Shown here one piece after another: positions 28,101-33,680 of a stretch of 64,000 nucleotides of DNA (the stretch's first letter is position 1; every line of letters begins with the position of its first letter). The notes beneath the pieces are model-generated. The model did not search any database, had not been told where the DNA came from, and worked only from the letters and a program-made list of their open reading frames with translations. A program made the position numbers and the translations under genes. Source of the DNA: a virus; the IMG/VR virus record IMGVR_UViG_3300042154_000876, positions 1 through 64,000 of that record; one strand, written 5' to 3'.

Positions 28101-28953
28101 AATCACAAGATTTGAATATGCTGAAGGCGAAGATGGCCAGACCCCTATTGCTATCTATGTAAAGATTGGCGACAAGGAGCACCGAGTAGTTCCTGCCACA
28201 TGGGAAGATGTAGAATACGGCGTATCTACCAAGATTGAAGAAGAGAAGAACATCGTTGAGGGACCTACTCAAGAAGTTTTGTCTACCTATACTCAGATTC
28301 CTTTGATGCCAGGATGGGCTATGACTACCCACAAGTCTCAGGGAGCCACTATGGACTCAGCTGTGGTCGACTATTCGATTAAGTACTCTGATAATGGAGA
28401 TATTCTCACTCAAAATAGCCCTTTTGCTGCTGGACAGGTCTATGTAGCACTTAGCCGACTACGTAGCTCGAATGGTCTCTACTTGACTAGGAAGCTAAAT
28501 AAAAATGACTTTATTAGAATCGAACGTAGCGTTACCGATTTCTTCAAGAATGTTGATGCTCAGACAGCCGCTAACCAGGTCTCCGAAAGTTCCGCTCCAA
28601 AGAAGTTTGACCCGCTAAAAGGATACATTTCTGAAGTAGATCTTGCTTCAGCCCTAGACAGCGGGGAACTCACCGGACCAGCTGGCCAGAACCTTACGGA
28701 CTACCAGTCCACCGCTATCAAGAACAAACTCCGTCTGATGCGTGAAAATCCTAATAGTGCTGATCGTTATAGAGAAGAAATTGCTAAGCTAATGAACTCT
28801 TGGTTTGGTGTCGAGGAGCCTGGAGAAGAGATCCCTGCTGTAGCTGCCCCCATTGAGATCCGCATGGACAACTTCCGCGACCCGTCGGAACGTCAGGCCA
28901 CAATAGACCTACTTACTAAGAGTGGTATTCCCTACACTTTGAAGTACGATTAA
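16177..28953 (+). CDS. Giant polyvalent protein B (~4258 aa): N-terminal module, KOW/SH3-like repeats with Thr-rich linkers, DEDDh exonuclease, two HEXXH zincins, GNAT, ParB, PIF1-like helicase
   Basis: Uninterrupted ORF. ATG 16177 (MTFSPLFF), coupled to the upstream stop, is preferred over 16069. Motifs are listed in the domain features. Confidence 0.85.
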   Translation: MTFSPLFFEDPEEPIVAAALKNGKEWGYWADMQLRDPGGERGGWFIEMGGLNLFNGMGKDGKVRAYKGKYIGPSPLGQGYGRFLVEGGDGVDPGIYHVNVSNIDSVKGVLSEEYLRSLGRDVPAQKEGIVDLSKTRIDPITEQDLQDANIEPDKPKNLKKAANDRGQSAKKLKDLKDGDILYDEGNKRFGEVVSTVDKDGNFSPWVKWEDNQISQIPNADPETETAVWAAPAPEVDESAAPKKTVKGRDLKVGDVIRAWDENRTITAIEPGRGGERYFIFDTPDEGEDGPDGKFININEDVELGREEAPVAPAAPVAAEKTKSNKVSASEVKKGDSVVINGETYTVSKKSNKKADGVVIGHKIEFRAEDGSTFEEEFLSDDTLDIPAAETATKEEKKTPRGVLTSFVKNMQPGDVLIAGKDDKRQEVLFVSAEPIPPVDNNDIRKRYNITVQRADGGLETIAVDATNGIPQLAETNAKGKTEKVNRKDQLKVVPSAPATTTTKTTRTTTKTAGDEAGTTTTTTPRVRAPEVIPTTPMSTNPGDTGEVVRGVNYEIMPDGRIKFSRGRLKKGSRSYDLITKVLPGEITRSGNGKAFAFFEKPEGGDYGNWFVRFEPIKDSKKDLAKQFLDSLRAGMAKEKVESSEETGSSFSGAKNTKGSITDAASYEVDENGTVKISGLTEEQVDLVVQAMYTVQGTTPLDRPGSVSTKVDSDKDEDRAAVLKAVSDALGGTPAATTTTTTTTPDFDSLPKTKADPEAARKAGFTVDNVKPVDIQVGDYIISPVGYWTKVVGEPSIIPDPRNPGEIAWAIPTENYKGERFTQDGLGDLNLRIDRVRGPNHVDTPETADEAFDKESAPFPMDTLRDLKEGIYAKVDGMWKKITKVGKPQIDPSVDTESVVIEFEDGTKKRVDERDGLTLVRKVPEGEATSTATTTTEGLTTDQRLAKLLFLVKGSGSEDAAWNASIMGDARRSLEAAGIDENDFLDYAEKSGASDLRQPDLDKLIEKYKADKGSTTTTATTTEESDKPTDEQRKTIDDLIAQIGDETNFTSKIVTAMLDSLTKESADMAIDMLKAAIANTTAPTTTTAPAQSVFTPGQIDSVNRRINLLTPEQQAKVKEAMESATPKTAKDIMSKIINTLDNAEIISRIRKGMPVDDILARRKTDTVGANLLFDLDRSPKEIAQRLATYKPTVNLDGTPIADAQQTTTTVSGDDTKSVSSLISDVIDSLAKDLQTKFGALKYRYSSKTPQNAEQAEKDHEIYLEYLSTVVPAVMQALKERLDSQTAAGNPDAQKNYDDAVSKLKQELWGQNRGAVYTSEAEKLVGSDRTKEMSDEANKALNDLLAGVKKPEKQVTTETTTKDTFGKIGTSGNLTGNVDYSIDKFGQIALTNAPEDFDARMAESRGLIIVTDNGKKSIVLTKNNDENRAAALNLIKERLEGPAPVTTKVETQTEVAQDVVTGQERPEGGVSKKISELNVGDRLYDEETESMATVVGVYEDPDRAGRIVLTIRFDDGREDSASYKKSYVVEAYPSPEAPAATTTTAEDVVGGEDADTSKTEAEVVEDSQVIVEQGESTTAEPGSTVLEEPDAEAVEPVEPKRKPRGPRKPRKVNLSDVSDEEREAFIRIFDALENFNRVEEEYGGKKYDSKWYIDEKDRKFDNKDVEELASQNTKGIGEDLGIQLMDSTTDAYEPGAFSSTRQPTPGAFTGRVARMVEGKTKAETRNILKGLKVSWFDTETTGISNFDGDPTNNDVVQVGIVNTQNGEVLERLNIYINPGVEDGVRLGKWATNNLVKDAVGEDGQPILGPDGKPTTEPITNEWLSEQMSIADAVQQIMDFMGRDPILGGQNVPFDLQVLQRMLDKAGVRGYRIGGTIDSKDLSEEFLPKYNEYEGTDGPKRFDKERNKFVPTSSLGYVAEFLGFGTTRWHSADADAEDAWKLASATMDRAASEDPTGTSDLMNQSAMRSRYTERMAKFLKTIDPRNPSTAKQHGAVRKEGFGEYLDDLGLSRDHQNALFDQIKQMTRGEAARFISTFIEANPLPKPSAKPSIQNRVLDLNQVTKNIKNLERLKSQPLPSALRDMGTVPTDTEEKIQHFNREFSDFLKKKYPDLTLGEIWSSRNSNIDVEKDFNYFSDLYQKTMSLPDSKVFGIGNATITAKDGILSKRDLAIVSNALEVLQERFSLGETPIDVRYMPQEELDRLAEKKNVTGSAYIDEDGAHIIISERTLGVYEKDGRSGKTGSVSAHLATVIHEYGHLVHALLLGSNFTEKEKADLAKEFQRRFKKTRVTDYGETSTAEKFAELFYDMEYSRIEGTEPAVPEFSEFMESIKGRKAAIKPSLLNRMGIKKPQARQMPPENTKPEFDGATKLSGANLAAFEGSSDSLRGSDQEAGYIPDPSDQKAFNEFRLQISLNPGDLVSEAQARIRFKKEIEKAKKDARRYEVLKVEGTNSYIRYKNGDASPEAIQQTIDQLRDLEDFNVAGGISQVVTLAKRETFSVGRLFATTQGTEEEIHGYSLLDSDKGIGHIVVDPDLVSESPGSVPGIAVGQYYANGGVDAQNMLKRTLVHEYAHNWAKVILGHRQQDSARFDEFVRSVVQRIQTSGGRSVHPISEIAEGGDGESFAEFFTAAFFQIVEGRMLPTKGSPLDQFIQFFAKYAGANVEPIIKNISPIVQVEESSSGGQRLKFPKNHEGAGSENVYLEYNRRREFYRNGLDPYGRPLSDARAAMIREYSSYIDKLESAYQSTMRAEDFDVMTSAMAALKRVYDSMFFAYAKNNSRFNVDTIGENIEANEQSFRSWTAPTSPLFLPESEGPFKNEITTGRYTDVDGISYPLVYISSTKADGRTYTATVALDPENTDFDLATANMDTLIEASVGKMITISDKEKTSQILDYISVDGDLRHRGIATSLLSFTRSNTTKKVLHKGKSAPDVSAWAQSVDSSEKSYESAPRAFDDASHVARHNRNAINLISDREPPQEIDTSSETLEAEALHYAGENYGNFYHPNLQDYMSKQGGGLGVYNSTVGYVSAETLSSMRGNEPKDPDSVARKVEDLQDGDGFDQPVSVVYNPRTGEAYVADGNHRVQASLDAGVAYVPTRVFIMDVPPAQENPQIKKLERDGGLPLPEGADEVHPYFVFNKEDLVNGKDLSDPSVVEEMASNVVVWSGRGKASERNRSGRYDPDPNNIFEQLAPGEYVMDKKTKKIYQVYSQDFTTEVGQDGVERAVFTGKIVVREFEGNLDNLSRVRISTQFGDNNIRYAQGGQSSADDSYNDARSYIDEIRDPADFENVTDSFIKLSDQPILISDTMYVVQTETGIKGRISKFVSPGVVRLDVLKGYNEDGEPLYDQIESPITQLLPIQNQQQVPNGQPAMEHAPDMQISNSTWDSINTLSSTLLKWGYLSEDKYKAIQTLVHGKFITQSGALDLERSLRNHDVVRRAKIRGVAVKSPATGEPVAQAPVQQAAPSAPAAPSVGQGEAGGRSFEQLLEMKRARKKADAGLSVEEFASPVTKIKVTKNPPTQSQILEVERLLSEDGAVTPQRAFDILSSLPTLNAEATEAVLEEIRADVLNKRISKDESITGLVVPKGFNRSKISGYQPAVEESSTGFEIDRDAEEPNEDGEVSPGAKPEEEGPKMSFNAQQKSAIDSVVSSEGGLFFITGGAGTGKTTIKKEIDKREKAKNRRTMTIAPTGKAALQAEGATIHSTFKIPVGPLTDFSPSETYNKNMGTAKGRKSMAALRTADTIFIDEVSMVRADLMDAMDRMLRVVKGNMSEPFGGAKIVMLGDLAQLPPVGIDSSPENQGPRQRFQETYADDYFLSANSWASSAFEVHNLTESMRQSAEDDAWFEQFLRERARFAEVTQEDMEKLWEISEKNRKRDAEEGVTSEPIHLVSTNAAADEINKKKFAELEGEAVKFTATIDAPEGSDIKPFVRNGGLPKEEMEYKIGEPVMFIKNDDAQQRKSAGGNLPNESRWVNGSQGVITRFEYAEGEDGQTPIAIYVKIGDKEHRVVPATWEDVEYGVSTKIEEEKNIVEGPTQEVLSTYTQIPLMPGWAMTTHKSQGATMDSAVVDYSIKYSDNGDILTQNSPFAAGQVYVALSRLRSSNGLYLTRKLNKNDFIRIERSVTDFFKNVDAQTAANQVSESSAPKKFDPLKGYISEVDLASALDSGELTGPAGQNLTDYQSTAIKNKLRLMRENPNSADRYREEIAKLMNSWFGVEEPGEEIPAVAAPIEIRMDNFRDPSERQATIDLLTKSGIPYTLKYD
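21360..22010 (+). other. DEDDh exonuclease domain in giant B
   Basis: WFDTETTG (D at 21379), GQNVPFD, IDSK, WHSADADA. Confidence 0.85.
22700..23100 (+). other. Zincin-like metallopeptidase domain 1 in giant B
   Basis: TVIHEYGHLVH (H at 22927) followed by TDYGETSTAEKFAELF. Confidence 0.7.
23560..24070 (+). other. Zincin-like metallopeptidase domain 2 in giant B
   Basis: TLVHEYAHNW (H at 23872) followed by ESFAEFF. Confidence 0.65.
24690..24990 (+). other. GNAT acetyltransferase-like domain in giant B
   Basis: ILDYISVDGDLRHRGIATSLL matches the acetyl-CoA binding motif A (V..xxRxxGxA). Confidence 0.6.
25240..25475 (+). other. ParB/Srx-like domain in giant B
   Basis: GFDQPVSVVY..AYVADGNHRVQAS..GVAYVP, with DGNHR at 25399. 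Confidence 0.75.
27065..28500 (+). other. PIF1/RecD-like SF1B helicase domain in giant B
   Basis: ITGGAGTGKT, APTGKAA, TIHS, IDEVSM, GDLAQLPPV, LTESMRQ, QIPLMPGWAMTTHKSQG, GQVYVALSR. Confidence 0.9.
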
Positions 28954-28976
28954 CAAAATAACAGCAACATCAATAC

Positions 28977-28987
28977 TGATACAATAG
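28977..28987 (+). promoter_or_regulatory. Extended -10 promoter upstream of the protease gene
   Basis: TGATACAATAG, identical to 913-923, in the intergenic gap. Confidence 0.5.
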
Positions 28988-29046
28988 ACTCACGGCTATT
29001 AAATCATATGCCTCTGTTTTTTATGCTCCGTCGGAGGAACTTATAG

Positions 29047-32000
29047 ATGAGTGATTCAGAAAAAGACCCTATGTATTTGGGAAACTCTGGATCCCTTGCG
29101 CTCTTTGCGTTAGGTGAGAAAGCCGTAGTAATTGATACTACCCACAACTTAGTTGTAAAATCTGGCACTGTTTCTGAACTCTCCGCATCTAACGACTGGG
29201 ACGAGAGTTCTTCAGAGCAAAGTGCCGTAAGCCTGGAACTAGCTAGCGCATCCTTGATTGACCTAGACATTAAAGTTGTTACAGCGGGTGGATCCAGTAG
29301 GATGTACACCATTCCTAAGGGTGCAAAAGCTGAAGCTGAAAAAGCACTTGAATGGCGAAAAGAAGAAAAGCGTGGCGGCACTCCCGTTGGTTTGAATACT
29401 GCTCGCACGCTTGCACGCGGTGGGCAGATCGGAATCGAGAAGGTTCGCCACATTGCCAAGTATTTCCCTCGTCACGAAGTTGACAAAAAGGGTAAAGGCT
29501 GGAGACCAGGCGAGGATAACTTCCCTAGCAACGGCCGTATCGCATGGGCACTTTGGGGTGGGGACGTAGCATGGCGCTGGGCTCAGGCCATTGTTGAGCG
29601 TGAAGACAAGAAGCCTAGAACTGCTTCAGTAGCCGGGCCAGACCTAGAGTCTTTCAATAAAGCTATGAATTTGGACTATGCCTCAGCACCAGAGTTCCTA
29701 GTTCGTGTTCGTATGGATGGTTCTGGAATAGACCGACTATATAAAGTTGACCTAGACGGCTCAATCTATGTTTGGGATGACGGCTGCTGGGATGACCTGG
29801 GCAGTATTCAGGGCGATGTCTATGTATATGACAAAGCACTAGACGACCCATATGACCTAGTTGAAAAAGCTCACGTTCCTATTGACCCGGACTCAGCCAT
29901 TATTGTTGCTGCGAAACAACACCAGAGCCCTGATCGCTACATCTCTGTTGCAGAGATTGACGCTGAAGAAGCCGCTCTAACTATGTTTGCTGCAAACGAA
30001 CTTGACTGGAAGTTCATTGACTACACGATGACCGCTGCTGGCGTTAATCCAACCGACAACATCTATAGCCCAGAAGAGCGCTCTCAGAATGCAACCGCTC
30101 AGAGACGCAACACAGGTGGTAGGTTTGCTCCTCAGGGTAGCAAGTCCGGCGCTTCCGCTCAGCCTAATGCTGTTGGAAGTCAGGGCGGACAGCTTGAAGA
30201 CTCTCTACCTCTCACCGACTTTGACCAGCCTCTAGATGTCTCTGGAATCCTAGGTGAGCCACGCACTCCTATTGATCAACCTTACGCTCAGCTGGACGGA
30301 ACCCTGCCAGCAATGACAAAGGACGATCTACATGACGTTCTTTACAACTGGCCAGCTTGGGTCCAGGAGCAGCGTTCATCTTTTAAGCCTCTTGCTGCTG
30401 CAGGCTCTGAAGAAGAAAAACCTGAAGAAACAGAAGAGCCTGAAGACGAAGAAGTATATAACCACCCGCTGTTAAAGCGTTGGCGTTTAAACACAAAGCG
30501 TCGTAAGGATGACCAGCCTAATAGTGATTGGGCTAGTCCGATCGTGGCCGCGCCTGTCGCATCGAAATCAGAAGCAGTAAAGTCAAAGAAACTTACTCCA
30601 GAAACTTCAGATGTAAAGCCGCTATATTTTGCGGTTGTTGCAGAAGATGACCCGCGTGCTGTATTGGACCTGATCTCGATTGTACCGGCCAGTTCTACTT
30701 CTAACTCGCCTATGGCATACAAGCGTGATAAGGGCAAGTGGGTTCGCGATGAGGCTACAATCAATGACCTAAAATCTGCCACTCCTCCTCCAGTAATCCC
30801 TCTAGACAGCAAGACTCTAAACGAAGTTCTTCTTCAGGTAGACGATGCTACTATGACTGCGTCCGGCGTCTTTAGTGTTGACCACCTACTCATGGTTTTG
30901 TGGGGGCCTCAGCAGGAAATCATTGATACCTACGGCGATGCGTTCTTTGAGGTTGTAGACAAAAACAACGATTTTGACGCCAATCTCAAAGCAGTTTTTT
31001 CTGTAGTAGCTGCAGGCGGTTTGGACCGTAACAGGGGGCAAGCGGAGAAGCTTCGCAAGTATTGGACCGTCGGTAAGGGTGCTGCAAAGATCCGTTGGGG
31101 GATGGGCGGCGACTGGTCTCGCTGCGTTAAGAACCTATCGAAATACATGGGCCCTCGCTCAAAGGGATACTGTGCCCTCCGCCACAAGGAGATGAATGGT
31201 GTTTGGACTGGAGACAAACGTCACCGTCAAGTCTATGGTCGCAAGAAGGGTGGGTCACGCGGCCTATTCAGCACCGAGTACATTAACTCTACCGCTCAGA
31301 CTATTGACAATGCTCTAATTGCAGCCAAGGCCGATGATGCTCGCGAGCGTTTCGGTATTGTGGCTACCGGGCTACCTGAGAATGGTTCTAAGTTCTACAT
31401 CCCACTACTCATCCCTGAGGGTATGGAGTCCGGCGATGGTCGAAAGTTTAAGAAGGGCTCTATCACATGGAGAGATCTTCCTCTACCGCTTTTGTGGCAG
31501 ATTAAAACTGCTGATGGACATGATGGCTCCGTTGTTGTTGGCCGTATTGACAGCATTGAGCGCGTGGAAGATGGTTTAGGGAATGCCTATGGCATGTTCG
31601 ACACCGGAGCGTATGGTCGAGAGGCAGAACGCCTAGTTCGTAACGGATTTATCCGTGGTATTTCAGCTGATATGGATCAGTTTGAAGCAACAGAAGAAAA
31701 AGAAGACGTAAGCCCAGAAAACTCTGAAAAAGATGATAAGCACGTAGGAAAGAAGAAGATTACTATAAATAAAGCACGCGTAATGGCTGCTACAATAGTA
31801 CCTAAGCCCGCTTTCCAAGAATGCTCTATCACACTAATAGAGGGTGGCTTACCGACTACCCAGGAGGACACTATGATTCCTGATGGAATCTATGTAGACG
31901 ACGTAGACGCTGCAGATGCCGAGGCACTAGTTGCCTGCGGTATGGTTGCCGGCGCTATCCCTGTCGTCCCACCACGCGAGTGGTTCGATAACCCACGACT

Positions 32001-33549
32001 GAAGAAAGCTACCCCGCTGACAGTTGATGACAATGGCCGTGTATATGGCCACATCGCCTCATGGGACACCAACCACATTGGTCTAGCTTATGGCACTAAA
32101 CCTCCTCGTAGTCGTAGCAACTACGGTTACTTCCACACCGGTGTTTGCCGCGCCGACGATGGTTCAGATGTTCCAGTAGGTCAGCTAACTCTTGCTGGCG
32201 GACACGCTTCTCTAGAGGCTTCTGCCATGGAAGCGGTCAAGCACTACGACGACACTGGCTCTGCAATCGCAGACGTTCACGCTGGTGAAGATGCTTACGG
32301 CATCTGGGTATCTGGAGCATTACGTCCATCCGCTCAGCCTGAACAGATCCGCGCACTACGCGCATCTGCTCCTTCAGGTGACTGGCGACCAATCCGCGGT
32401 GGGCTTGAGCTTGTTGCAGTTTGTCAGGTAAACGTTCCTGGATTCCCAATCGCTCGCGCTCGTGTTGCTTCTGGTGCTGTTATGGCTCTAGTTGCTGCAG
32501 GTGCCGCCACTCTAGCTAAACTAAAGGCTGATCCTGTTGCCGAAATGCAGGCTCGAATCAGCAAGCTGGAGCGAATCACTACTCCGAAAGAAGAACTTGA
32601 AGCCCGTGTAGCGTCTCTCAAGGCTAAGGTTGACGAAGCCAAGACCGAGTTTGGCTACATCTCTCGTGATGAGCGTATGAAGTTGGCTGAAGAAGGCAAA
32701 GCCTTAGACGACGGCTCTTACCCGATCCGTGACGTTGAAGACCTTAAAAACGCTATTCAAGCTTACGGTCGTTCGAAAGAGTCAGACCGCGCTAAAGTTC
32801 GCAAGCACATTGAAAAGCGTGCTCGTAAGCTAAACGTCCGTCACCTAGTTCCCGAAGAGTGGAAGACAGCTGCATCTGATGCTGTCACTGCAAGTGCTGA
32901 AGACCTGAAGTCTCGTCTACTTGCGGCTCAGGAGGCCCTGGGAAAAACCTTCGCGGTTGAGGACATGATTCCTGAAGAAGAAGTAGTAGACCAGATTGTT
33001 GAAGACATTGAAGACGGTGCTCCAGCAGTAAGAGGATACAAATTCACTCCAGGAAAGAATCAACCGCGTGACATAGAGGGACGCTTCCGTCAGGTTCTAG
33101 CTCGCTTGAGCCAAGACCTAGGCGACTCCGGTCTACAGGATGTAGTAGAAAAGATTAAAGAAGTAGAAAACATCACAGGTCTTGGTGACTACTCGGATGC
33201 GGCTAAGGCCGGCAGCGAGCTTCTAAACATTCTGGACCGACTAGACGAAGGCTCCCTAAACAAAGTTTCACTAGAGAATGTACGTTCAACGGCTGCAGAG
33301 CTTGGCAAAGTAATCTCTAATCTACCGCTACCTTTTACCAACCAAGCGCAAAAGGTACGCTTCTCAGATCTTCCTCCAGCACTTAAAGACCTTATGGAAA
33401 ATATGGTCGAGAGGGTGGAGAAGAAAATAGGTAAAGATGACGCAGCTGAGGCTACGGAAGAACTGAAGGGCTTTATGTCCGGAAGTGACCTCTATAGCCA
33501 ATCGGACATCTCTTCGCAGATGGCTCGAATGCTACGCCTACTTACCTAA
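29047..33549 (+). CDS. Capsid maturation protease, large multi-domain form (1500 aa)
   Basis: Lies directly upstream of the MCP with a GGAGG RBS. Protease-like domain PEGMESGDGR..LPLPL..GHDGSVVVGRI..RGISAD..ATIVPKPAF (31390-31824). Second domain PPREWF..GRVYGH..SGDWR..LELVA..VNVPGFP (31957-32448). Accessory domains: GRIAWALWGGD, YWT.GKGAAKIRW..C..C..H, and GSYPI..DLKNAI. Confidence 0.75.
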   Translation: MSDSEKDPMYLGNSGSLALFALGEKAVVIDTTHNLVVKSGTVSELSASNDWDESSSEQSAVSLELASASLIDLDIKVVTAGGSSRMYTIPKGAKAEAEKALEWRKEEKRGGTPVGLNTARTLARGGQIGIEKVRHIAKYFPRHEVDKKGKGWRPGEDNFPSNGRIAWALWGGDVAWRWAQAIVEREDKKPRTASVAGPDLESFNKAMNLDYASAPEFLVRVRMDGSGIDRLYKVDLDGSIYVWDDGCWDDLGSIQGDVYVYDKALDDPYDLVEKAHVPIDPDSAIIVAAKQHQSPDRYISVAEIDAEEAALTMFAANELDWKFIDYTMTAAGVNPTDNIYSPEERSQNATAQRRNTGGRFAPQGSKSGASAQPNAVGSQGGQLEDSLPLTDFDQPLDVSGILGEPRTPIDQPYAQLDGTLPAMTKDDLHDVLYNWPAWVQEQRSSFKPLAAAGSEEEKPEETEEPEDEEVYNHPLLKRWRLNTKRRKDDQPNSDWASPIVAAPVASKSEAVKSKKLTPETSDVKPLYFAVVAEDDPRAVLDLISIVPASSTSNSPMAYKRDKGKWVRDEATINDLKSATPPPVIPLDSKTLNEVLLQVDDATMTASGVFSVDHLLMVLWGPQQEIIDTYGDAFFEVVDKNNDFDANLKAVFSVVAAGGLDRNRGQAEKLRKYWTVGKGAAKIRWGMGGDWSRCVKNLSKYMGPRSKGYCALRHKEMNGVWTGDKRHRQVYGRKKGGSRGLFSTEYINSTAQTIDNALIAAKADDARERFGIVATGLPENGSKFYIPLLIPEGMESGDGRKFKKGSITWRDLPLPLLWQIKTADGHDGSVVVGRIDSIERVEDGLGNAYGMFDTGAYGREAERLVRNGFIRGISADMDQFEATEEKEDVSPENSEKDDKHVGKKKITINKARVMAATIVPKPAFQECSITLIEGGLPTTQEDTMIPDGIYVDDVDAADAEALVACGMVAGAIPVVPPREWFDNPRLKKATPLTVDDNGRVYGHIASWDTNHIGLAYGTKPPRSRSNYGYFHTGVCRADDGSDVPVGQLTLAGGHASLEASAMEAVKHYDDTGSAIADVHAGEDAYGIWVSGALRPSAQPEQIRALRASAPSGDWRPIRGGLELVAVCQVNVPGFPIARARVASGAVMALVAAGAATLAKLKADPVAEMQARISKLERITTPKEELEARVASLKAKVDEAKTEFGYISRDERMKLAEEGKALDDGSYPIRDVEDLKNAIQAYGRSKESDRAKVRKHIEKRARKLNVRHLVPEEWKTAASDAVTASAEDLKSRLLAAQEALGKTFAVEDMIPEEEVVDQIVEDIEDGAPAVRGYKFTPGKNQPRDIEGRFRQVLARLSQDLGDSGLQDVVEKIKEVENITGLGDYSDAAKAGSELLNILDRLDEGSLNKVSLENVRSTAAELGKVISNLPLPFTNQAQKVRFSDLPPALKDLMENMVERVEKKIGKDDAAEATEELKGFMSGSDLYSQSDISSQMARMLRLLT

Positions 33550-33571
33550 AATCAACAAAACAAAAACAATG

Positions 33572-33680
33572 TACAATTGTTTATAGGTGGAGTGCCTTCA
33601 TGCGCCCGTGCATGTAGTCCCTTTACCTTGACCCAAGCGGTGGGAGAAGTACTCCCACTCAACTGTCCTTAGGAGGATCA
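33572..33680 (+). promoter_or_regulatory. -10 element and structured 5' leader of the major capsid gene
   Basis: TACAAT at 33572-77. AGGTGGAG (33585-92) / CTTTACCT (33621-28) encloses CATGC/GCATG. Hairpin GGTGGGAG-AAGTA-CTCCCACT (33639-59). RBS AGGAGG at 33671. Confidence 0.5.

Noticed and set aside
3948-33549. A MuF (SPP1 gp7-like) domain expected between portal and protease
   Set aside because: I could not find its conserved C-terminal HP.CRC-type motif, so it is not claimed. A divergent version would need HHpred.
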